64,000 nt of DNA from Pseudomonadota bacterium (GTDB lineage: Bacteria; Pseudomonadota; Alphaproteobacteria; Rhizobiales; CBDHHC01), in assembly GCA_039033475.1 (NCBI GenBank), contig JBCCCO010000002.1, positions 3,294 to 67,293 of the forward strand. The letters are read 5' to 3'. A program made the position numbers and the translations under genes. Shown here piece after piece: positions 18,913 to 27,800 of this stretch; the stretch's first letter is position 1; every line of letters begins with the position of its first letter. Below the pieces are notes generated by a model. That model was not told where the DNA came from, ran no database searches, and saw only the letters and a program-made list of their open reading frames with translations.

Positions 18913-21174
18913 ATGGTTGCCCCTATTGGAGCTCCACGCGTATTATTGCGGCGCTTGCGGGAAATTATGGCAGAGCCTGAAAGTCCGCAAACTAGGCTTG
19001 ACCGTATTGTTGTACAAATTGCGGCCATTATGGTTGCGGAGGTGTGTTCTATATACCTGTGCAGGAAAGATGGGTCGCTTGAACTTTTTGCCACAGAAGG
19101 CTTGAAGCCAGAAGCCGTTCACTTTACGCATATGACGCGCGGGGAAGGACTTGTTGGCCGGATCGCTGAAACTGCGGAGCCAATGAACCTATCGGATGCG
19201 CAAAGCCACCCTGCATTTTCATACCGCCCTGAAACAGGAGAGGATTCATATAATTCTTTCCTTGGTGTTCCTGTTTTGCGCGCTGGGCATACATTGGGAG
19301 TTTTGACTATTCAGAACAAAGCGCGGCGTCATTACTATGAAGAAGAGGTAGAGGCTCTGCAAACAACCGCTATGGTTTTGGCAGAACTTATTATTTCTGG
19401 AAAAATGGCAAATGTTGAGGATGTAGCTGTTGAGTTCATTCATCAAAATCATTTGCAATTGAATGGCATTCCACTTTCAGAAGGCATTGCGCTTGGCCAT
19501 GTTGTATTGCATGAACCTCGGGTTGTCGTAAATAAGCTCATTGCAGAAGACGTTGCGCTGGAAAGAGGACGGATACGCACAGCGATAAGCAAATTGCGTT
19601 TAACGGTTGATGATATGCTGGCAAGAGGTGATATCTCAGCCACCGGAGAGCACCGTGATATTCTTGAAACCTACCGCATGTTTGCCTACGACCGGGGGTG
19701 GGGAGACCGATTGCATGAGGCTGTGGCCACTGGCTTAACCGCAGAGGCTGCAATTGAGCGTGTGCAAAATGATACCCGTGCGCGAATGTTGCGGCAAAAA
19801 GATCCGTATTTGCGCGAGCGTTTGCATGATCTTGATGACCTCTCAAACAGGTTGCTGCGCATTCTGGCCGGCAAGACAACAGCAGCCTCCAAGGAAGCTT
19901 TGCCAGATCATACCATTCTTGTTGCGCGGCATATGGGAGCTGCTGAGTTGCTCGATTATGATCGTAAAAAGTTACGCGGTCTTGTTTTGGAAGAAGGCAC
20001 TACCTCAAGCCATGTGGTGATTGTGGCACGTGCCTTGGGAATTGCTGCAATCGGTAAAATTTCAGGAGCAGTTGATAAGGTTGATACGAACAATGCTGTC
20101 ATTGTGGATGCAATTACGGGCCAGTTTCATATTCGTCCAACCAATGAAATTATAAAGGCCTATTCCGATAAGGTACGTTTTCGTGCAAAACGGCAAGAGC
20201 AATATAAAGAAATCAAACAACAACCAGCGCTCACCTTGGATGGTAAAAAAATAGACCTTATGGTCAATGCCGGTTTACTGGTTGATATGCCGCTACTTGA
20301 AGAATCTGGGGCAGATGGCATTGGATTATACCGTACAGAATTACAATTTATGGTCTCGCCAACACTGCCACGTTTAAATGCACAAAAGGAGAATTACGCG
20401 AAAATCATTCAAGCCGCCCAAGGCAAACCCATTGTATTTCGCACGCTTGATATTGGTGGTGATAAACTGTTGCCGTATTTGCGACACCAGAAAGAAGAAA
20501 ACCCCGCTCTTGGATGGCGTGCGGTGCGCATTGGTTTGGACCGGCCAGGTTTATTTCGCCGTCAAATCCGAGCGCTCTTACTCGCATCAGAAGGCCGTGA
20601 GCTAAGAGTTATGCTGCCGATGATCTCGCAAGTTAGTGAGTTGGATGCAGCGGTGGAGTTGATACACAAAGAAGTTGCTTTTGTGAAACAGCACAGAAAT
20701 TTTTCGTCTGAAAATCTCAAAATAGGCATTATGATAGAAGTGCCTTCATTGCTTTGGCAGTTGGATCACATTCTTGCAAAAGTTGATTTTGTCTCTGTTG
20801 GTAGCAATGATTTAAAGCAATTTATTTTTGCAGCCGACAGATCTAACGTTATGGTCAACGAGCGTTTTGATACTTTAAGTCCAGCCTTTTTAAAGGTATT
20901 ACGTCAGATTGTATTGGCGACACAAAAACATGATGTTGCTTTGGGGTTGTGCGGCGAGATGGCCGGCCGGCCGCTTGAAGCGATGGCTTTGATCGGGCTA
21001 GGTTTTACTTGCCTTTCTATGGCGCCAGCTTATATAGGTCCTGTAAAATCAATGATTCTCTCATTAAAGGCGGCTGAAATTCAAGCTTATATTTTATCCG
21101 GCATTGAAACGCAAAAAGAAACGTTACGCCCTGCGCTAGAAGAATTTGCAAGGACCAATGAGATTTCTATATAG
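18913..21174 (+). CDS. ptsP: phosphoenolpyruvate--protein phosphotransferase, nitrogen PTS (EI-Ntr, GAF-containing)
   Basis: 753 aa; N-terminal GAF region, EGTTSSHVVIVARALGI phospho-His region, C-terminal PEP-utilizer TIM barrel (SVGSNDL). Confidence 0.93.
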   Translation: MVAPIGAPRVLLRRLREIMAEPESPQTRLDRIVVQIAAIMVAEVCSIYLCRKDGSLELFATEGLKPEAVHFTHMTRGEGLVGRIAETAEPMNLSDAQSHPAFSYRPETGEDSYNSFLGVPVLRAGHTLGVLTIQNKARRHYYEEEVEALQTTAMVLAELIISGKMANVEDVAVEFIHQNHLQLNGIPLSEGIALGHVVLHEPRVVVNKLIAEDVALERGRIRTAISKLRLTVDDMLARGDISATGEHRDILETYRMFAYDRGWGDRLHEAVATGLTAEAAIERVQNDTRARMLRQKDPYLRERLHDLDDLSNRLLRILAGKTTAASKEALPDHTILVARHMGAAELLDYDRKKLRGLVLEEGTTSSHVVIVARALGIAAIGKISGAVDKVDTNNAVIVDAITGQFHIRPTNEIIKAYSDKVRFRAKRQEQYKEIKQQPALTLDGKKIDLMVNAGLLVDMPLLEESGADGIGLYRTELQFMVSPTLPRLNAQKENYAKIIQAAQGKPIVFRTLDIGGDKLLPYLRHQKEENPALGWRAVRIGLDRPGLFRRQIRALLLASEGRELRVMLPMISQVSELDAAVELIHKEVAFVKQHRNFSSENLKIGIMIEVPSLLWQLDHILAKVDFVSVGSNDLKQFIFAADRSNVMVNERFDTLSPAFLKVLRQIVLATQKHDVALGLCGEMAGRPLEAMALIGLGFTCLSMAPAYIGPVKSMILSLKAAEIQAYILSGIETQKETLRPALEEFARTNEISI

Positions 21175-21240
21175 CTCAAAACAAACAATATCCTTGCAAT
21201 CAATATTTCCGAAATCCATTAAAAAGATAAAAGAACAACT

Positions 21241-22320
21241 ATGACAGCCATCCCTGAACAAAAACTTGATATGCTCTATGAACGCTGGGAAGCTGTTCAG
21301 TCTGAATTGGCCGCAGGCCCGGATCAAGATGTTTTCGTCAAATTATCTAAAGAATTTGCAGATCTTGATCCTATTGTGAATGTGATACAAACATATCGAA
21401 ACGTAAAGCAGGAAATTAATGACTTAAAAGACATTATTGACGATCCTGATGCCGATGATGACATGGAGGCAATGGCCAAAGAAGAATTGTCAGAATTAAG
21501 CGCCAAGCTGGAGATACTTTCACAAGACATCAGAATATTGTTATTGCCAAAAGACGCCGCTGATGAAAAAAGTGCAATTTTAGAGGTGCGCGCTGGGACA
21601 GGTGGAGATGAAGCCGCTTTGTTTGCGGGTAATTTATTCCGCATGTATCAAAGATATGCCGAATTGCAAGGCTGGAAAATACAAATCATGTCGGCAAGTG
21701 AGGCTGCGGTTGGTGGTTTCAAAGAAATTATTGCATCCGTCAACGGTAAAGGTGTTTTTGCAAGAATGAAATATGAATCAGGGGTGCACAGGGTGCAGCG
21801 GGTTCCTGAAACGGAATCCGGTGGCCGTATTCATACCTCTGCGGCAACAGTTGCGGTTTTGCCCGAAGCAGAAGATGTTGATGTGGACATTGAGCCAAAA
21901 GATTTGCGCATTGATGTGTTTCGCGCAAGCGGTCCTGGGGGGCAGTCGGTAAACACAACAGATAGCGCCGTTCGAATAACGCATTTACCTACTGGCCTTG
22001 TGGTCAGCCAGCAGGATGAGAAATCGCAGCATAAAAACAAAGACAAGGCAATGAAAGTGTTGCGCTCCCGGCTTTATGAAGCAGAACGCAACAAGTTAGC
22101 TCAAGAGCGAGCAGCAGATCGAAAAGATCAAGTTGGATCAGGAGATCGTTCTCAGCGCATTCGCACTTATAATTTTCCTCAAGGCCGGGTTACTGACCAT
22201 AGAATCAATTTAACACTTCATAAGTTGGAACAAATTCTATCTGGTGATGGGCTTGATGAAGTTGTAAATACCTTGATAACCGAAGATCAGGCTAAACAAC
22301 TCGCTGCTATGGAAGAATAG
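21241..22320 (+). CDS. prfA: peptide chain release factor 1
   Basis: 359 aa; PET (PxT tripeptide) and [12 protein letters not shown] motif. Confidence 0.96.
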   Translation: MTAIPEQKLDMLYERWEAVQSELAAGPDQDVFVKLSKEFADLDPIVNVIQTYRNVKQEINDLKDIIDDPDADDDMEAMAKEELSELSAKLEILSQDIRILLLPKDAADEKSAILEVRAGTGGDEAALFAGNLFRMYQRYAELQGWKIQIMSASEAAVGGFKEIIASVNGKGVFARMKYESGVHRVQRVPETESGGRIHTSAATVAVLPEAEDVDVDIEPKDLRIDVFRASGPGGQSVNTTDSAVRITHLPTGLVVSQQDEKSQHKNKDKAMKVLRSRLYEAERNKLAQERAADRKDQVGSGDRSQRIRTYNFPQGRVTDHRINLTLHKLEQILSGDGLDEVVNTLITEDQAKQLAAMEE

Positions 22321-22325
22321 AGCAA

Positions 22326-22357
22326 TCCACCTTTTAATAGATTCATTTAAAGGTGGA
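22326..22357 (+). terminator. Hairpin just after the prfA stop (weak terminator candidate)
   Basis: TCCACCTTT / AAAGGTGGA 9-bp stem, 14-nt loop; no T-run follows on the + strand. Confidence 0.35.
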
Positions 22358-22382
22358 CAAATTGCTCGCTCACAAAAAACTT

Positions 22383-22422
22383 AGAGCATGCCAAATAAAT
22401 TTGCTTAAAGGTTGCATGCTCT
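22383..22422 (-). terminator. Hairpin with downstream T-run on the minus strand
   Basis: AGAGCATGC / GCATGCTCT 9-bp stem; the minus-strand reading is followed by AAGTTTTTTGTG. Confidence 0.45.
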
Positions 22423-22430
22423 AGGTGCAT

Positions 22431-22473
22431 AAAAAAAGATTGCAAGACTTGGGGAGACAACCAAGTCTTGCAA
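22431..22473 (-). terminator. Rho-independent terminator of the TadG-like gene
   Basis: 13-bp perfect stem TTGCAAGACTTGG / CCAAGTCTTGCAA, 8-nt loop, followed on the minus strand by TCTTTTTTT. Confidence 0.8.
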
Positions 22474-22505
22474 CAGTTCCCATCCGTTTTGTCAAATTTT
22501 ATTAT

Positions 22506-23798
22506 TTATTGAGAAAGTCTAACCCTAGCCAATCTAATAGCGATACTTCTAAAGGCATCGCGTAATTCTGCCCCATTTTGTGCGTCAAAATAGTTGTCTG
22601 CTTGTGTTGCGCAATTTCTTAATGTTTGTTGCGCCCGCGTTGGAGCTTGAAAAGACACAGAGTAAATAACCACATTTTCACTCTTCATATTATTACAAAG
22701 CTGTTCGGTAATATCCTTAGATGTTGGACTTCCGTCATAATCGCCGCGTAAACCGTCTTCTGGTGATCCGATGAATGCTGTGTTAAACATACCGTCAGTC
22801 ATGAGGATAACAGCTTTGATAACATCATTCTGATTGTAATCATCTGGGGCACTATCACTTGGCCAAACATTGCGCCATAAAGGTGAGATTATGTTCCAAG
22901 CCCATGTTACGCCGACATGTCCTGCTGTGAAACCTGCAGGCTGAAATTGATCAATTTCTGATTTAAGAAGAGCTGCGTTATTTGTTAGCGGAACAATTTC
23001 AGATGTAGGGCACTGATACCTTCTATTGTACTCACTAATGCGATTGCTACCGTACTGGTCTCTTATATTCTGTATTGCATTTTGAAAAGACTGAAAAGAT
23101 TTATTGCCATTAGGTGCATCATCTCTACTTGTTGCAACAGCACGCTCAACAACGCAATTGTCCAGACTGGTATTATTACTAATACGGCTTGCAAACGAGC
23201 CTACATTGACAGCAGCAGCATAAGGCGCTAACCCAATTCTGGTTTTATTTGATGCAGGTCCAGAGCCGATCAAAATATCCACCACATCTTTTGCAGCAAC
23301 TTTCAAGTCATCTATTCTGTTTTGATGCTGCATTGAGCCTGTAACATCCAGCATCATGGCTAATTCAATATCTCTAGTATTAAAAATAGTGCTAGATTCA
23401 TTACTGATGGGGATAGTTGTTATATTCACCACACTTGCAAATGACGTTTCAACAGCGCCATTAACACGGCCTGATACTGTATTTGTTTCTCGGTTGATTG
23501 AAAGACTTACGGTTTCAAATCTTGCGTCAGCTATGATCCCATAAATATTTGCACTGAATGTTCTGTTAGCAATGTCTGTTAACTCTGCATCATTTGCTTC
23601 CGTTTCATTAAGAGCTTTTGCAGCAGCTAAAATAGCTGCATCTAGAGCATAGCTTGATTTGCTTTTGGCATTAAAAGCTTTTGCGCCGTCTACCACCATG
23701 CTGACGGCCATCATGATAACGAGAAAGAAAAAAGCAAAAAGAATAATAACAGAGCCATTTTTATTCTTTACAAACGCATTAAACTTCAACATTGCCAC
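22506..23798 (-). CDS. TadE/TadG-like N-terminal domain + von Willebrand factor A domain protein
   Basis: 430 aa; N-terminal TM segment followed by MAVSMVVDGAKAF (Tad-like), MIDAS-like DVTGSM and later LMTDGMFN typical of vWA. Confidence 0.7.
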   Translation of the reverse strand: MAMLKFNAFVKNKNGSVIILFAFFFLVIMMAVSMVVDGAKAFNAKSKSSYALDAAILAAAKALNETEANDAELTDIANRTFSANIYGIIADARFETVSLSINRETNTVSGRVNGAVETSFASVVNITTIPISNESSTIFNTRDIELAMMLDVTGSMQHQNRIDDLKVAAKDVVDILIGSGPASNKTRIGLAPYAAAVNVGSFASRISNNTSLDNCVVERAVATSRDDAPNGNKSFQSFQNAIQNIRDQYGSNRISEYNRRYQCPTSEIVPLTNNAALLKSEIDQFQPAGFTAGHVGVTWAWNIISPLWRNVWPSDSAPDDYNQNDVIKAVILMTDGMFNTAFIGSPEDGLRGDYDGSPTSKDITEQLCNNMKSENVVIYSVSFQAPTRAQQTLRNCATQADNYFDAQNGAELRDAFRSIAIRLARVRLSQ

Positions 23799-24107
23799 AC
23801 ACTCATAGTTAACTGAAACAAAACTTAATGTTTCAATCTGAGCAAGGCATATGCCATTTCTAAAGGTTTTGCGTTTGATCTAGAAAACGCGGAATAGCAC
23901 GGAGTGCTTAGTATATTGAAATTTATGAAATTTTTATATTAAGGAAAAGAAAATAAAAGGAGTAACTGTGAGTCTGCAAAAGGGTTAATCTGAATTGAGA
24001 TATTTTTGAAATGTTATGAAAAGAAATTATAAAAGTGCCAAAATGAGAAGGGCATTAATATTTTGCAATTCAGAGAGTAAGAACGTCGATGTAAAGATCG
24101 TAAATTC

Positions 24108-24323
24108 TCAAAAATCAGAGATAATACCGTCTTTTTCCCAATCCCCATAGCGTGCCGGGTCGGGCCCTTTTTGGCCACCAATTTCAGTTGGCGCTTGTTT
24201 TTGATTTTGCGTCTGACGGCGCTGTTCGGCCTCTTTCAAAGCGCGCTTTGCTTCTAGCGTAAGCTTCTTTTCTGCAGAATGGGCTTGGTTTTCTCGTGGA
24301 GTTTCTTTATTGGATGCATTCAT
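24108..24323 (-). CDS. DUF1674 (SDHAF4-like) small protein
   Basis: 71 aa; C-terminal RYGDWEKDGIISDF signature. Confidence 0.75.
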   Translation of the reverse strand: MNASNKETPRENQAHSAEKKLTLEAKRALKEAEQRRQTQNQKQAPTEIGGQKGPDPARYGDWEKDGIISDF

Positions 24324-24743
24324 GATAGCCTCAACATTACTTTCTGTCTTGATCTCAATACTCTAGGGGTTGCACCAGATAACTAGTCCATTTGCTGTTT
24401 AATCCATTGTTTTAAAGTTTGTAATTGCGTTTTAGGTGATGGGTTATTAAATCGCTATCCACATGTACTCAAAAATAAGGGAAAATCGCCTTTTAGAATA
24501 CCATTAAATTTCCTCAAATGCCATTAATATGCCGGCTGTCACAGGAGTGAATTTCAGTGTTGTTTTTTTTCGCATCAAGAATAACTTGCATGTACACTTT
24601 GTCTCTGCGCTTTAAAATACTTCCATCATCCTAGCCAAGTGCCGGTCCGGATGGCTCAAATTTGAAGAAAAACGCTCCGGCACCAGAAAACAGTTTTTGG
24701 GCTGGAAACTCGTTTTTCAATGTAAGATCTCTATATTTCTATT

Positions 24744-24806
24744 GAGCTTCCTGCCTTCGCGTGAATGACGGCGGAGGGTTTTGATATTTTAAATGCAATT
24801 TTCTTG
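24744..24806 (-). repeat. Degenerate palindromic element (core + arm) at the 3' end of the A2M gene
   Basis: Reverse complement reads CAAGAAAATTGCATTTAAAATATCAAAACCCTCCGCCGTCATTCACGCGAAGGCAGGAAGCTC. Confidence 0.7.
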
Positions 24807-24823
24807 ATCCTACTTGGGTTAGT

Positions 24824-27800
24824 TTAATTGCTCTTTTGAACTTCCACTCTCGTGGCTGATGTTCGGGCAAACCGTCCTGGGCGATACATATCTTCAATTT
24901 TAGCAGATGGATGCAAATATGCCCCTGGCGAAACTGCGCGCATAATATAAGCTACACTCAGGCTTTGTGGTGTTTTCTTAGAATTCGGTGCAACATTGAA
25001 TGCTGCAACAAACTTGTCATCCTTAAATTCAGTATGTTCCACACGTCCTTTTGTTTTCAGCCATGCCAGCTGCTTTGTACTGGAGGAGTTTACAAGACGT
25101 GGGTTCTCTATTTCAAAACCCGCGGGTAGCCGATCAACCAAGATCAGTCGACCGCGTTTTGCCTCCTCTTCATCAACAGATAGCACAACAACAAATCGAT
25201 CGTTTTGTGTCACTTTCTCCAGGCTCGTTAACTGACCATCAAGTGTATAGATTTGGCGCTCTATGCGAAAGCCTTTAGCAAGCGCAGGCTCTGGGTTTTT
25301 TCCATCGCCCATTACGCTTACAACTGCTTTTAAGAGTTTGTCTGTTTGATTTGTAACGGTGATATCCTTGGTAGAAAATTGGTCCGCTGTCATAACGCGT
25401 TGTAATGCGCCGGAATGAGGTTTCCCATTGACGAGCATTTTTAAATTTTTCGCCTGCTTTTGTAAGGCATGAGCTGCTAGCAATAGCCAAGCATTCTCCT
25501 GAGTGGACGTGAAGTCTTGGGACTGAGATGCACTGGCTAAAATATCATTTATTTCTGGGATAAACCTGTTTGTGACAGGTGTTTCTGATACCAGTGTTAG
25601 CATTGCAGCTCCATCTCGCAGCCTGCTTCCATAATCTTTGCGGTAGTCTTTATCCTCGTATTTTGGGTTTAAACGCTTTAATGCCGCTCCATAAGCCTCT
25701 TCGGCACGGGCTTTATCACCATACATTGCAAGCGCTGATCCAAGTTGGGCTTGTGCTAAACTGGTGGCAAAGTCATCTAATTTGGTATCAAGGTAATATC
25801 TTAAATCTCCAATTCCGGCTCTACCATTTCGCGCCAATACATATAAAGCATACGCCAAACCTTCTCCACCATTTTTAAAATCAGAGGCATAGCTTATGGC
25901 ATTTTGCAAGCGATCAATCGCCAGTTCAAAAGTCTGTTGGGACACATTATGTCCTTGCGCTTTGGCGCGTGTTAGAAAGTCAGCAACATATGCTGTTAGC
26001 CAGAGATCTTGGTTAAACGGGCCCCATAAACCAAAAGCACCGTTACTCATTTGCATAGAAGACAAGTGATTGACTGCCATTTCAATGCGGGTTTTGACAT
26101 CGCTGTCCTTTATCAAACCAGATGCCTTTGCAACAGAACTCATATAAAGTAGCGGCAATGCACGGCTTGTTGTTTGTTCCGCACAACCATAGGGATACTG
26201 ATCAAGAGCGAGCAATAGACCTGGTACATCGAACACGGCACCTTGATTCACATTTACGCTCACTTTTACTGTATCAGTTGCAAGTCCGCTCACAAGGTCT
26301 TTGGTAAAGCTAACTTGGCCCCCATTGGGCTTTACATCTAAGGCAAACCTGCGGGTCACATTAGGGGCGCCAGGATGGACGTTAAATGCAAAAGACCTTT
26401 CTAATATAAATTCATCGGGCCCTTTTACTTTGAGTTTTAATTGAGCCGTACCTGTCTTATTCTTTGCTGTAATAGGAATGGACAGCATACTATGGCCTGA
26501 TTTTTCCAACCGAAGAGTTTGCTCTTTCAGTTTCATATCCACATCTACCGGACCTGAAGGCTCGATTTGAATAGAAAATTCACCATCAGGTCCTTCAATA
26601 TTGTTGAAACTTAAATGCAAATTTGATTGATCACCTATTGTTAAAAAACGTGGGGCAGTGCCAATAAGTACAACGGGATCACGCACGATGATATCTTGTT
26701 CAGCATTGCCGATTTGGGTCTCATTCCAAGCAACCATCATGAGGCGAAGTGTACCATCAAAGGCAGGCAATTTGAGTGGAATATTAACTTTGCCATCTGG
26801 ATCTACGGCGACAATTCCTGAATATAGAGCAATCGGTTCGACATTTTTGGGAGCCTCGCTCTTTAGTCCTACAGAACTTAATCTAGCCAAACCATCACCA
26901 CCGGAGCGGATTTTTCCGCGCACAGCTTGCATGCCATCGATTAGCTTGCCGTATAAATCACGGATCTCCGTCCTAAAACGGCGCTGCCCATAATACCAGG
27001 TCTTCGGATTAGGAGATTTATATTCTGTGAGACTTAATATACCTTCATCAACCGCGCTGAGTGTTACATATGTTTTGCTATTTGCTTTTAGGCCATCAAT
27101 TTTAACCGGTACGTTTAGAGTGGTATTGGGCCTTGTTTTCTCTGGTATATCAATAGATACTTTGAGTTTGTTACTCTCTTTTGATTGCGGCAACCAGTTA
27201 ATACCAATAGACCGGCTTGGCATGCGTTTGGTTTTGGTGTCCATAGGACGATAAAAGAAAGCAGTGACATAAGTTCCTGGCCCCCAGTCCTCACCAACTT
27301 TAAAATCTACGTTTGTATTGGCTTCATTGACATCAACAAGCTTTATTTTGCGAATATCTGTATCAATTATAGCAACAAGCGCTTTACCAACTGTTTCTGA
27401 CTTAATAGTTACAGTTAAAGTCTCGCCCGCTTTGTAAGTTGGTTTATCAAAGGCTATATTAAGAAGATCTGGCGTATCTGCATTACTGCTGCCATACCAT
27501 CCAGAGGAAAACAGGTGGCTGGAAACCGGCCCGTTAGTATTCTCGGAACTGACATCCAGACGATACTGACCTGATTGTACAGCTGTACTTATTATGGCAG
27601 GGCCATCTGCTTTCGTCTCAAGAGTGCCATCGCCAACTTTTTTAGTGTATTCGATAGATTCATAATTCCACGATCCATTGCGATTGTACCATTGATATCG
27701 TCGCTGAATTTCAAATATTTCCCATTTCAAATTTTTGAGCGTGCTTTGTTTGCCGGTTTTATCAACGCTCACAATTTCGAATTGTGCATTCGTGCGCTGC

